A stretch of DNA of 64,000 nt from a virus. Positions 30,804 through 42,670 of the stretch are shown here, piece after piece (position 1 is the first letter of the stretch; the number at the start of each line of letters is the position of its first letter). The stretch is taken from the IMG/VR virus record IMGVR_UViG_3300005662_000024. One strand, written 5' to 3'. Below the pieces are notes generated by a model. That model did not search any database and was not told the origin of the DNA. It saw only the letters and a program-made list of their open reading frames with translations. A program made the translations under genes and the position numbers.

Positions 30804-32090
30804 ATGGCTATTCCTGGTGTAAAAACAATTATTAAAGATCGCTTTTATAGTATATCTCGTCAAGACCTTCCTGTCGGTCCAAGAGTTGTTGTAATTGCGA
30901 GAAGAAACAACAACGACGGTGACGGAAATGTTCCTAACCTAGATGCTGTACAAGTAAGCAATGAGTCTGACGTTATTACCGCATTTGGAGAAGATTCAGA
31001 CCTTCATCGTGCATATATTGAATTAGTTTCAGCTGGAGCTGAAAGAATCTTTATGGTTCCACTTCCATCTGATGCAGAGTTCCAGAGAGGAACATCTTCT
31101 GTTACTGCTGATGTATTAGATGGTGATGGAGATAGTATTTTCGATGCTGCTTTTGAAGCAGCTGAAGCAGCTTTGCCAGACATTATTGTCGCTTGGGGTC
31201 GTGGTGGACATCCAGATCTTTGGGCTGCTACACCAAGCGTTGATGATAATGAAAATGGATTCTACGCAAACGATACTACAACAGTTGATAAATCAATGGC
31301 AGCAAGAGTTGCAAGAAAGTGCAAAGAAATTTCAGAGAATACACACCCATGCTTCGCTGTAATGGGAGTTAAGCCATACTCTGGCGCATCAGAAATAATG
31401 ACTCCATCTGTTGTTTCATCTCACCTTGCTCTTTCAACTTTAGCAAATAGAGATAGTGATATTAATACTCCAACAACAAATAGCTCTGGAGAAATAATTT
31501 ACACTAGACTAGCCGAGGCAGGAAGACATCTGTTCTTGATAGCTGCAGAATTAATTCCAGTTGGATACAAAGAAACATGGGGTTATTCAAATGGCGCAGC
31601 ATCACTTGCTGGATCACTTAGTAGATTAGCTTCTTACACTTCACCTTCTAATAAGGTATTGTATAATGTCGCATCACTTAGATACAATCCAACAAGAACA
31701 GGTCAGACAAGCCTTAGCGACAAGGGAGTTAACTCAGTTGCTCTTAATTTTAATAGAGTTCCAATATTTGCAGAAGGACTAAGCTTCGCTGCTTCTACTT
31801 CTGATTATACTAGAATTTCTACAATGAGAATTATTAGCGAATGCTCGCTACTTGTTCGTCAAGTTTGTCAAAAATTCGTTGGTGAGGCTTCTACTATCCA
31901 AGTAAGAAACTCGATGGAAACAGCCATCACCTCAGCTCTACGTGGTATGATGCAACTAGGAGCCTTATTGGATGCAGACTTTGCAGTCTCGTATATTCCA
32001 AACCAAAATAAGGCGATCATCGACCTCGTGGTAACACCCGCATTCGAGCTTAAGAGCATCGAAGTGCGTTTGTCTGTAAACTTAGCCTAA
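30804..32090 (+). CDS. contractile tail sheath protein
   Basis: MAIPGVKT N-terminus; C-terminal sheath signature YTRISTMRI...FVGE...I..AL...GAL.D...IDLVVTPAFELKSI; GGAGG RBS. Confidence 0.8.
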   Translation: MAIPGVKTIIKDRFYSISRQDLPVGPRVVVIARRNNNDGDGNVPNLDAVQVSNESDVITAFGEDSDLHRAYIELVSAGAERIFMVPLPSDAEFQRGTSSVTADVLDGDGDSIFDAAFEAAEAALPDIIVAWGRGGHPDLWAATPSVDDNENGFYANDTTTVDKSMAARVARKCKEISENTHPCFAVMGVKPYSGASEIMTPSVVSSHLALSTLANRDSDINTPTTNSSGEIIYTRLAEAGRHLFLIAAELIPVGYKETWGYSNGAASLAGSLSRLASYTSPSNKVLYNVASLRYNPTRTGQTSLSDKGVNSVALNFNRVPIFAEGLSFAASTSDYTRISTMRIISECSLLVRQVCQKFVGEASTIQVRNSMETAITSALRGMMQLGALLDADFAVSYIPNQNKAIIDLVVTPAFELKSIEVRLSVNLA

Positions 32091-32120
32091 TATAACCGAT
32101 AAGAACTGGAGGGTTCAAAA

Positions 32121-32810
32121 ATGGCAGGAGAATATTACGACAGCCCAGTAAATAAGTATCTTAATACATATACTACTTTTTCTGGTGCAGATATTGTAGC
32201 CACATTTGGTGGCATAGAAATTGGCGCTCTTTCTGGAATTACTTTCTCAGTAACAAGAGAAAAGGCACCAATTTACACAATGGGTTCACCAAACCCTAGA
32301 TCTTTCTCTAGAGGTAAGCGTGGTATAGCTGGATCATTAATCTTTACTGTTTTTGATAGACCAGCTCTTTACACTATGTTGGATAAACACCATAACACAC
32401 CAGAGTCAATGAAGTTCTTTACAAGAGCTCATAATACACTACCTGGAGATACAAACCACAGAAGAGGAATTGCAGAATTTACAGATCAAACAAGAGACGT
32501 TGTCAGCAAGGTTCCATTCTACGCAGACCAGATTCCACCATTTGACATAACAATTACATTTGTTAACGAATATGGTCAGGCAGCAGCTAGATCAATATAT
32601 GGAGTTGAACTTCTTAACGAAGGATCAGGAGCATCTATGGATGACATCGTCATTGAAGAAACAATGACTTATGTTGCTAGAGAGCTTGGTCCAATGTATA
32701 AGATAGCAAACGATCAGCTATTTAGATTTAACTCAGAAAATCTTGGAGATGTAATTTCTAAAGATGCAGTTAAGTCATCTAAGCTAAACCCTGATATTAT
32801 CAGACCATAA
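32121..32810 (+). CDS. tail tube protein
   Basis: Follows the sheath gene; TFSGADI...ITFSVTREKAPIYTMG..PRSFSRGKRGIAGSLIFTVF; followed by a hairpin. Confidence 0.7.
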   Translation: MAGEYYDSPVNKYLNTYTTFSGADIVATFGGIEIGALSGITFSVTREKAPIYTMGSPNPRSFSRGKRGIAGSLIFTVFDRPALYTMLDKHHNTPESMKFFTRAHNTLPGDTNHRRGIAEFTDQTRDVVSKVPFYADQIPPFDITITFVNEYGQAAARSIYGVELLNEGSGASMDDIVIEETMTYVARELGPMYKIANDQLFRFNSENLGDVISKDAVKSSKLNPDIIRP

Positions 32811-32844
32811 TCTTATAAAGATAATTTTTTAACAATAATTTAGT

Positions 32845-32886
32845 AGGTCAAGTGTGGGGGATCTTCTCCACACTTGACTTATTTAT
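32845..32886 (+). terminator. intrinsic terminator-like hairpin after the tube gene
   Basis: Perfect 11-bp stem GTCAAGTGTGG/CCACACTTGAC (32847-32878) followed by TTATTTAT. Confidence 0.7.
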
Positions 32887-32897
32887 AAGGAGATTAA

Positions 32898-33677
32898 ATG
32901 TCCAATCCAGGAGAACAAATAACATTTACAAGCTTTTCTACTGGAACAGTTATTCCATCTGATATAGATATATCAAAAATAGATAGAGTTGGTAGGATTC
33001 AAGCCTACGAAAATGGCTCTAATAAATATAGAGCAGAAAAGAATCTTCCAGATCCATTTTCAAATATGTCCTTTGCTGGTGTCGATATAGCAGCAACAAT
33101 GGTTATACCAGATATTCTTGAGAATGGGGATCTAGCATCTCAAGGTGATGTTTTAGAAATAGCGGAACTTCAAACAATATCTTATTCAATACACAGAGAA
33201 AATACACCAGTAAGAACACTTGGACATGTTAACCCTAGAGGTTTTGTTAAGGGTCCAAGAACTATAGCTGGATCTTTGATATTCACAGTATTCAATGAAT
33301 ACGCATTTTATAGAATTAAACAATTCAAGAGAAAACTAGCAGTACTAGGCTATTCTCCACTTGCAGACATGTTGCCACCATTTGATATTGTTTTAACATT
33401 CTTTAATGAATATGGCTTATATGGTAAAATGAAAATATATGGAATTACTATAGTTGATGAAGGCCAAACGATGTCTGTTGATGACTTAATAACTGAACAA
33501 ACATACACTTATATGGCTAGAGGAATACAGCCTTTGATACACTACGATCCAACTGATGATTTCACTTATCCAGAAGATATAGAAAAAAATGTAAACTCAA
33601 AGGTTATTTCTGAGCAGTTCTTCGGCAATAAAGCTAATGAATACAGAAATGTGATAGATAGAATACAGCCACTTTAA
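32898..33677 (+). CDS. tail-tube-like paralog 2
   Basis: SFAGVDI...ISYSIHRE..PVRTLG..PRGFVKGPRTIAGSLIFTVF...PPFDI.LTF.NEYG. Confidence 0.7.
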   Translation: MSNPGEQITFTSFSTGTVIPSDIDISKIDRVGRIQAYENGSNKYRAEKNLPDPFSNMSFAGVDIAATMVIPDILENGDLASQGDVLEIAELQTISYSIHRENTPVRTLGHVNPRGFVKGPRTIAGSLIFTVFNEYAFYRIKQFKRKLAVLGYSPLADMLPPFDIVLTFFNEYGLYGKMKIYGITIVDEGQTMSVDDLITEQTYTYMARGIQPLIHYDPTDDFTYPEDIEKNVNSKVISEQFFGNKANEYRNVIDRIQPL

Positions 33678-33692
33678 GGAACCTAAAGTAGA

Positions 33693-34739
33693 ATGCCAAC
33701 CTCAAAAAATTACAATAAACCGTATAGACCATTTAGTGGATATATTCCAGATGGTGTAATTTCAACAAATGGAACAAATAATGATTATCCATTTTCTGAT
33801 AGTTCATTTGATCCATTAAATAAAGATATAGACTTAAAATGGGCTGGAAGATCAAGAGAAGATAGTAATTTCAATACTTATTATGATTATTACTTTTCTG
33901 GTGAGGATGTAAAAATATACATTGATGGATTATTTAATCCAACTGATGAATTAGAAATATCAAATTTTACATTTACAGTTAAACAAGAAAAACAACCCCT
34001 TTACGGTTTTTGGTCATATAACTATGATGCCATAATGTATGGCTCTAGAATTATTGCCGGGAGTATGACAATAGTATCTAGATATCCTAGAAGAATGACT
34101 GAGCTACTTGAAAAAGCTGCAAAGATAAGAAGTGAAAGCGTAGGAAGAAAACCTTCTGAGCATGTCATTTCTCTTTTGTCAGAAAGTGCAGAAGGTTTAA
34201 ATTCTGAAGATGAAAAAAATATATTAAAATATTGGTCAAGAAGTCAACTTGATAGAATAGCCAATGATCCTGCAAATAATGGTCAGTATGAATCTTCGAA
34301 CAGAAATATATTTAGCGCTCACCCACCTTTTAATTTAATCATTTATTATGGTGTTCAAGAAAATGGTTTGGTAGCAAAAGGCGCACAACAAGCTCCAAAT
34401 AATTTTAATCCAGCTGATAATTACGATAGAATAATGTCTACTGACTATAATACAAGACTTACAAAAGTAAATAATCAAAAAACTCCAATGAAAATTGTTT
34501 TACAAAACGTACAGCTATTGAGCATGTCTACTGGTTACGATACAACAGGAAGTCCTCTTCAAGAAGGTTACGAATTTATAGCAAGAGATATGTATTACAC
34601 AATTGCAGATGATTCTACAAACCCACTTGCTAACCTAGTTCAAGAGCAACCAGCATCAGGTTCGAACTCTACTAATTCAACACCAACACAAACCAGTGGA
34701 GCTGCAAGCGGTGCCCCAACTGGATCAAATTATAAGTAA
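33693..34739 (+). CDS. tail-tube-like paralog 3 / tube initiator
   Basis: YFSGEDV...F.V.QEK.PLYG...G.RIIAGS...PPFNL...EGYEFIARD. Confidence 0.6.
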   Translation: MPTSKNYNKPYRPFSGYIPDGVISTNGTNNDYPFSDSSFDPLNKDIDLKWAGRSREDSNFNTYYDYYFSGEDVKIYIDGLFNPTDELEISNFTFTVKQEKQPLYGFWSYNYDAIMYGSRIIAGSMTIVSRYPRRMTELLEKAAKIRSESVGRKPSEHVISLLSESAEGLNSEDEKNILKYWSRSQLDRIANDPANNGQYESSNRNIFSAHPPFNLIIYYGVQENGLVAKGAQQAPNNFNPADNYDRIMSTDYNTRLTKVNNQKTPMKIVLQNVQLLSMSTGYDTTGSPLQEGYEFIARDMYYTIADDSTNPLANLVQEQPASGSNSTNSTPTQTSGAASGAPTGSNYK

Positions 34740-34847
34740 TTAAAATAACAATTAATTATTTTAATAGATGCAAAAAATACCACTATGTGAAAAATAATAT
34801 GATAAAATGTAATGAAATACGTATTTTAAAAAAGTAGGAGAAAAAAA

Positions 34848-35357
34848 ATGGCAAGCCAAAGAAAAGTAACAGTATCTGTAGACGAAGAAACAGAATCAAT
34901 TCTTGACGCAGAAAACACTATTATGACACAAGAACAAGCTGATGATACCCAGTTAATGGAGCAGTTAGAAGAGGGTAGAGAAGTAGAAGACCTTCCAGAT
35001 GATGAAGAAATATGGGAAGGCGGACCAACTGCTGGTGTAATCAAAGTATGGAAAGCTAAACATGGCGAAGTGTATGTTACATCTATATCTTTTGATAAGC
35101 ATATAGTTTGGAGAACTTTAACAAGACTTGAATACAAGCAGTTAGTTAAAAAGATGGAGCAATTAATTCAGTCTGGACAGTTGTCTTCAGCTGAAGCAAA
35201 TATGTGGAATGAAGAAGCTATCACAGAATTATGTATTCTATACCCATCTTTTGATAAAGAATCTTTGACAAAGGAGATGGCTGGACTTCCTTCATTAATA
35301 GCCCAAGAGGTTCTAGAGGCATCTGGATTTGTGGCTTTAGAGGTAAGACAGCTCTAA
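34848..35357 (+). CDS. putative tail assembly chaperone
   Basis: WKAKHGEVY...WRTLTRLEY...CILYP...AGLPS.IA..VLE.SGF; lies before the tape-measure-like genes. Confidence 0.6.
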   Translation: MASQRKVTVSVDEETESILDAENTIMTQEQADDTQLMEQLEEGREVEDLPDDEEIWEGGPTAGVIKVWKAKHGEVYVTSISFDKHIVWRTLTRLEYKQLVKKMEQLIQSGQLSSAEANMWNEEAITELCILYPSFDKESLTKEMAGLPSLIAQEVLEASGFVALEVRQL

Positions 35358-35363
35358 AGCAAG

Positions 35364-35996
35364 ATGCTAGACGCTGAAAAAATTTTACAACTAAAAAACA
35401 AGTATGGACCTATATTTACAGCTAGTGTAAAAGGACAAATAATTGTATTTAGAGAATTAAAATTTTCTGAATTTGATTATATAGCCCTACTTCAAGAATC
35501 CCAAGATGGATCAACCGTTGATTCTGAAGACGAAATAATAAAAACAGCTGTTGTTTATCCAGAAGATTTTGACGTAGATAAGATACAGGCTGGACTTGTT
35601 TCGTCCTTAGCCCAAGAAATACTGGACGCCTCCGGCTTTAGTAATCCAAAGACGGCAAAAGCCATATTGGAACAAAAAAGAATGCAATCAATGCAGGTAA
35701 GAAGCTTAATGAAAGCTTTTGTTTTGGCTACTATAAAGACGTATAGTCCAGAAGATTTAGATCAAATGACCTATTCTCAACTGGCAGAAAAAGTTGCATT
35801 AGCAGAAAGAATTATAGAAATTACCCAAAACATGCACGCTATAGAGCCAAATGAATTAAGGCTTGAATTGATCGATCCTGAAGAAGAAGAAGAGAAGAAG
35901 AAGAAAACAGCAGCAAGACATAATCTGTCTAAGACAGAAGGTGCAGCTCAGTACGACGATCCTATAGCGCAAAAACTTTGGGGAATGAATAGATAA
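35364..35996 (+). CDS. putative tail assembly chaperone 2 (paralog)
   Basis: LKNKYG.IF...FREL...VVYP...AGLVSSLAQEIL.ASGF. Confidence 0.6.
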   Translation: MLDAEKILQLKNKYGPIFTASVKGQIIVFRELKFSEFDYIALLQESQDGSTVDSEDEIIKTAVVYPEDFDVDKIQAGLVSSLAQEILDASGFSNPKTAKAILEQKRMQSMQVRSLMKAFVLATIKTYSPEDLDQMTYSQLAEKVALAERIIEITQNMHAIEPNELRLELIDPEEEEEKKKKTAARHNLSKTEGAAQYDDPIAQKLWGMNR

Positions 35997-36009
35997 TTTG
36001 GAGGGATGA

Positions 36010-39000
36010 ATGATCAGAGATAATGGCCCATTATCAAGCCTTGGTCATGGCGTAACCTCTAGGGATGTTCCACTGAATGAAGGTGAAACGGAAGGACCAA
36101 GTCCTAATTCTGGTGCAATTTCAAAAGCTATTAATGGTCATCCATTTTTAAGATTTGTTGCATCAAATATAACAGCAGTAGTTGCAGCTACTACAGCAAG
36201 TGCACTTGTTAGAAAAGGCGGACTACGCTTAGCAAAGACTGTAGACGATTCAGCTAGGCTTGCAAGGCAAAGTCGGCATCTCAAACTTTTCTACTAGAGC
36301 AGTAGAAAGTATTGGAGAGCTAAGAAGAGTTCTAGATCAACTAGAGGGGGTGTCTAGAACTGTAGGCGAAGGAGTAGATCCTGACTACTTCTATAAGAAT
36401 TTAGTTCTTGAAACAGCAGAGGGTGGACTTACAACAGGATATTCTAACGCAGCAAAAAATGCTAGATACGGAATGCATTTTACTGACGAAGAAATTAAAG
36501 CTGCAGGTAGGGGAATATCTAACGAGCCACCAGCAATATGGTCAGCAAGAGATGATATACAGCAAAAATTAGTAGGATTAGGAAGAAGGCTTCCTTACCT
36601 ACTTCCTTCCATGTATGCAACACAAAGAGGTATAACCGATCCCCTATTTGGGAATAACGATCAAAAGAGTAAAGTTAACTGGTATAACCCAGTAGATGTT
36701 CTAGCAGACTTTGCAAAGCAATCTGTGATGAATACTATTGGAGTACTTGCCCCTTTTGAAGTTGCAGGCGCAGCGACAACAACAGCTAGAAGATCTTTAG
36801 CTACTAGTTTATATAGTGGTGCATCAACGCCATTTAAACAAAAATTACAGAATAGATTCGTAGATCTTAATACTGTTCTTGGCGAAGTTGGTCATGATGT
36901 ATCTAAGGTTGTCAATAAGGTAATAAGAACTTCAACTCAATTATCTGGCGCTTTTAATAAATCTATAGAAGCATCTAGGTTAGATAAACCAACTGAAGAT
37001 CAAATATTTAAAAGCGTTAGACAAGGAATAATAGCTAATCGACATCAATCTACGTTATCACAAATTGCAAAGAGCGTTTTTCTTGGTGATAAAACAGCTG
37101 AAGGAGCTGGAAGATATGGGGCAGTAGATTTAATTCCAACTCTTCGTGGATTTAGATCTGGCTTTGCAGAGTTTCAAACAAGATTCAAAGTTTTAGGAGA
37201 AGGTTACGACGCCTTAACTCAGGCAATATCCAAAGATAAAGCTCTATTAAATATATCAGAACATTTTAAAAAGAGATACCCCAATGAAGCAGATAGATTA
37301 GAAGCAGCTGGAGTAGCTTTAAATAGAGCTAAAGAAGATATTGCATTTCAACATGGAAGTAGATTAACATCATTTGTTGGAACAATAGATAATTTAATGG
37401 CTGGTCATAATACCTATGGAACAAGGTATAGGACAAAAGATAGTAAATTCTTTGAAGAGCTGCTTAGAAAAGAATTAAGAGGTCAAGTAGAAACTCATTT
37501 AATTAATGAGGGCGCAAGTTCAAGCGCAGCAAAAATTTTCTCATCTCAAGTTCAAATAAAAAAGATACCAAGAGGTGGAGCAAGACTAGAAACTTCTCAA
37601 GTTTTTGGTTTTGGTAAAGATGATATTTTTAAAGAAGGACCTGATTTTTATAAGGAAATAGCAACTAGAGCAGCTGGAATAAAAGGTCTATCATCAGACA
37701 GTGGTTTAAGTGGAGATGTAATACAAAGAGCTCTTAGTAATGCAAACAAAATCTTTGCTACAAAAGAATTTCAAAAAAATGTTAAATCAAAAATAAACTC
37801 TCAATGGAGAACTTTTTACGATCAAAGTTTAGTTAACCATACTGGTGGAATACTTAAGCCAGAAAGAATGTCTTTATCAAGTTTTAATAATAATCTTAAT
37901 TCATCACAAAAAGAATATCTGCAAAGAAAAGCAGCTAGTGTATTAGGAATAAAGCTAACAGACTCAAATGGAAGAATGGTTTCAAATGATATTATTTCTA
38001 ATCAGCTAGCTAGAAATGGTTTAGATTCAAATAACTTTTCCTCATTGAGGGGTTTTTTATTAAATAATAAACAGCTTACAAAACCAGTTAGCTCTTCTGG
38101 ATATAACTTTCTAGGACTAAGACAAGTCAGTTTTGATGAGGCTAGAAATAGAGGATTTTTTAATTATCTTGATGAAAGACAAAATAGAATCCTATTAGAT
38201 ATTAATAGGCAAATGGGATTCAATGATCCAATATCAACTTCTATAGGCAAATCTACAGTTAATGGACTGTATGCGAATAGAAGCGGAACATTAATTGACA
38301 CAACAAAATTAACTGGAACCATAAGATCTCTTGGTAATTTCTTTGCAAGTGAATTTGAAATTCCAATAGTACACCTAAATGCAAATACATTATTTGGTCT
38401 TGGGCAAATGCAGGAAATGGCTAAAAAAGGTCCAATCCATTTTGTTCCAGGTAATACTGTCCAACCATTTGGTGAAATATCAAAGCATCAAGATTCTCAA
38501 TTTTTTATATATGAAACAAAGAGATCTTTTTTAAGAAAGACAAAAGGAACAGTTACTGCCTATGGCATTGATGAGGCAGGAGAGCAAACAGTAACTAAAC
38601 TACCTGGATACTATAGGCCAGGAAATAATTTAAGTCAAGCATTTATAGCAAGACAGGCAAAGTATGCCTCTGGTCTAATAGGCGAAGCCATGTCTTCCGT
38701 AAGAGCTGGTCAACCGCTTTCTTTAAGTCAAAGATTAAAATCTAGATTAGACTTTGCAGACGAGCAATCTTCATCCGTATTTGAATTAGCAAAAAGATTT
38801 AGTAGAAGAAAAATAGATATAAATAATCCAACTGTAATATCTCAGTTGGTTCAAGAAAAATCTGCAAGAGCTGGATCAAGAAACTTAAGACTTGATATAC
38901 AAGGCGAGGGTCCAACAGCAAAGTTCTCAGTCTTTGATCAAAGAGGAAGACTAGTAGCAGATAATGAGCAATTTATTTCTTCTGCAACAAGATTATTTGA

Positions 39001-42000
39001 GGGAACATCTAGATATGGATTCTCCGATAAAGTCATAGCTGCAATAGAAAGAAGAAATTCAAGATTATTCCAATTTGCAGAAAGAGAAGGAACTGGTCCG
39101 CAAAGTGTATCCAAGTTAAAAACAGTTCAACAAGCAGTTGACTTTGCAAAAGAACTTAAATATATTGACGACAATGTAGTTTCTCTTCCTTCTCGTGTAA
39201 AAAGTTATTTTTCTAGAATAGATCAAATTCTTGAACAAGGAAGCTTATTGGCTCCTTCTCAAGCTGGAGTAGCTTCCCCTAGTATTACAACAAGATTAGA
39301 TGAAATAAAAAGTGAGCTTTTTAAATATCTAGGATTAAGAAATGCAGCTATAAGACAAACTAGTGGAGCAATTCAAGAAGATCCATTAATTAGTATAGTA
39401 AATACATTAACAGAGTTAAGAAGATCTGGAGCAATATCTCCAACTGATTTAATAGAGGCACAAGGTGCCGCTTTATCTACACTTTTTAACTCAGCAGCTT
39501 TTTCCACTTATTCATCAAAATCTACTAGCCTACAAAATGCTACGGCCACTGTATATCAAGCAATAACTAGAGCTGAATCATCTCAACAAATAAAAAATTT
39601 AATAAAACCAATTATTGATTCAAGAACATCTCTATTGACAACGAGTATAAAAAGGCCTTTTACTGGAATAGTTCCATTCTTTACTAAGCAATTTGGAGCA
39701 GCACCTTATTCAACAATAAATGAAAGAGCAAATCCTCTTGGCTCAAACGCCAATACAACATTTATACCAACTTTTGGAACGCAATTTGGAAGGGATCCAT
39801 TTGCTGCGATAAGTAGCGCATTAGGAGTAACCACTTATTCAAATCCGCAAAGTTTTTCTGGAATGTCAGTTATTCCTGGTCATTCAATTGAAAGATTAAA
39901 TAGATATTTTGGCACACTTGGAATGCAGCTAGATGTTTCTAAGTATAAGAGTCCAGTTGATCTTTATGTAAGGGGAATGATTGGTAAAAGAGTTCTGCCA
40001 ATAGTTGCAGGTTCATCTACAGTTTTAGCAGCCGATAGAACATTAGGTGGATTCTTAAATGAAAGAGACATAAATAATGAAAGAGTATATTCACCTTACC
40101 TATTAGGAGCTTTGGGAACTGGAGTAGTAGAAGCTCAGTCTATTGCCGCAGGTGCAATACCTGGAGGATTATCCTATCAAGAAAAGAGAGAAGAATTAGT
40201 TGATGGAGAAGTACCAATTAGGCAAGGTAGATTTTGGCCACTTGGTAATACACCTTTTCAAGGTGGAAAGATTATGTACTACAGACCTTCGTGGTACAGA
40301 AAGCTTCAAGCTGGAGCAATGTTCACATCAGATACATATGGAAGTCCAGCAGAAAAACTATTATTCTATAATGACTTTTCTCCATTAAGGCCTTTAGATC
40401 CGTATAAGTTTGAAAGAAAACACTATAGCGATAGACCATATCCGGTAACGGGAGAGTATTTTACTGGACCTTGGGGTCCGCTAACCTCAGTTTTAAATTC
40501 AACTGTTGGAAAAATATTAAAACCACAACAGACAATGCACAGAGAACAGCTTGAAGCTGGTTTAGTTAATTATACTAGAGTTGGTCAATCTGGAGCATTT
40601 GATACTTCTGGATACCTGTTGACCCAAAAGGGATCACAAACTTTAGCTAAAGAATATCCATATCTATCTTCAGTTCAAGGAGAAGCATACGCCTATAGTT
40701 CATCTGGAGCAGTAAGGTCAGACCTTGCATCAGTAGACGCTATAACAAAAAATCAAAGTAATATAGCAGTTGGTTCAATAATAGGTAGCGTTAATCAGGG
40801 AATGTCTTCATTGGCAGGAAGTCCAATGGGAACAGCTAGCGTTGATGTTTCAGAAAGAATATCTTTACAAAATAGAATACTAACATCAGGAGCATATGGA
40901 CCGCCTAAATTATCTGGTGCAGTTCCTCCTAGAATAGTTCCAGCAGGTTCACCAATCGAGCAAGGTAGTCTTCCTTTTCAGATTTCTGAATCAGCATACA
41001 GAGTTCAAGAACTATTAGGTATTTATGGATTTATGGGTGGAACACTAAGAGAAAAATTTGGTTTTGGTAGTTCTGATTTTGAGCCAAACAGAGCGGTTTT
41101 ACAGTCGGCATCAAAAGCATATGGTACAGGTAGAGCATTTTGGGACCTCAACTTAGGAGGAATGGGTGACGTTCCACTGCCCGGACAAGGTCCATTAGGA
41201 AACATAGAAATATCTGAAGTTATTAGACGTTTTATTCCAAAAGAAAGAACTGGTGTTGATTATCTAAACCCAATACAAAATAGGTTAGGTCAGCAGTATC
41301 CATTTTTACCAGGGCCTGATTATTTTATAAATTTTAAAACAGGAGATCCATATACTAGAATACAGGAAGGCGAATTAAGACTTCCTGGTATTGGTTATGA
41401 AAGATTTAATACTCCAACTTCAGATTATTCAGGAAGATACGGAGCTGCAGATCAATTTAATATACTAGGAGATGTAGCTCCATATTCTCCTGAATTTAGA
41501 TCGCTAAATAGACAAATTAACTATAAAATAAGAACGCCAGAAGAAAGAATTAAAGTACAACAAACAAGAGAGCAAGTAGAGAACACTACTAGAAGAGAAG
41601 ACTTTAGTTCTTATAAATACAGATACTCTTCTCCAGAAGAGTCAAATATGGGAAGAACATCTTTTTACCTAGCTAGATCAGCTGAATATTTAGCTCATAG
41701 AGACACTATATTTAATACTAAGTTTTCCCCAAAAAGAACAGCAGCAGAAGATTGGGAAAGGCAAAATATTTATGGAACAACATTCCCAGAATGGCAAAGA
41801 CCATTTGAAAGCTTTATTTCCCCAATGTTATATAAGGCAACTCAAAGAAGTCCCCTAGCAGGAGCAGCCATAATGGGCGCATTAGGTTCAGCGTTTGGAG
41901 CTACTCCAAGAGCTAAAGTAGTTGGAAGTTTTATAGGAGCTACTTCTGGAGCAGTAGCTGGAGCCTATGGTTCTATATCTGAAGCCGTAACTGGAGACAG

Positions 42001-42670
42001 GTTTATTCCTCAGGAAAGAAAAAAACAAATGGCCCTAGAGGAATATGTTGATATATTAAGTTATGTAAAAAACATGTCAATATCTTCTCAAGCACAACAA
42101 GCTGGAGATATAGAGACAGCAAGAAGGTATAAGTCAGCAGCTGGAAGAACAATGTATGGAGCTGATATATATGGAGCTTCTGTAGAGACTCTTTCTTTAG
42201 CTATTCCAAAAAGAAAAAGAGAACACTTCAGGGAAATGCTTAATGCGCCAACTGAAGAAAGAGAAAGAATACTATCTACAGCTCCAAGATTAGAGAGAAG
42301 AATTTTTCAAGCAGCATGGGGTATGCAAGTAGAGAAAAAACCTGATTTAGTTGATTACTTTAGTAAAAATGAACTTCCTAGCTCAGAGTGGGAAGGTTGG
42401 CATCCAAATACAAATATGGAGCACGTTAAAGTAAAAATAGGACAATCTATGGGTATAGAGATGTCTCAAATGGGTTACTATCCTCAACAGTTGAAAGAAG
42501 CAAATCTAGCAAATCCAAGTTATCCATCTATGATGTCTGGTTCTGGTAGATCAGATACTTTAAATAGATTAAGAAGACTTATGTTAGATATGGGAATGGA
42601 TGGTTCTGTGACCCCTGTATTTACCCCCTTTGCTGGAGAAAGAATAGATATGTCAGTAGGAGTTAGGTAA
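36010..42670 (+). CDS. large tape-measure-like virion protein, about 2219 aa, via +1 shift at CGG 36274-36276
   Basis: GGAGG RBS + ATG 36010 ...ARLARQS-(C)GGC-ISNFSTRAVES joins track ORF 36260..42670; follows the chaperones; Gly/Ala hydrophobic segments. Confidence 0.65.

Noticed and set aside
35340-35370. Tail-chaperone G/GT-type recoding: 34848 and 35364 are in the same frame, separated by TAA AGC AAG
   Set aside because: No slippery heptamer or CGG is present, TAA readthrough is unsupported, and the second gene is a complete paralog with its own ATG
36260-36297. Independent TTG/GTG starts for the downstream halves (e.g. 1706, 36260, 45863, 48586, 63531)
   Set aside because: They lack RBSs, and the upstream fragments carry the RBS/ATG and family-typical N-termini. 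At 36274 the shift point could formally lie a few codons away, but CGG fits the pattern.
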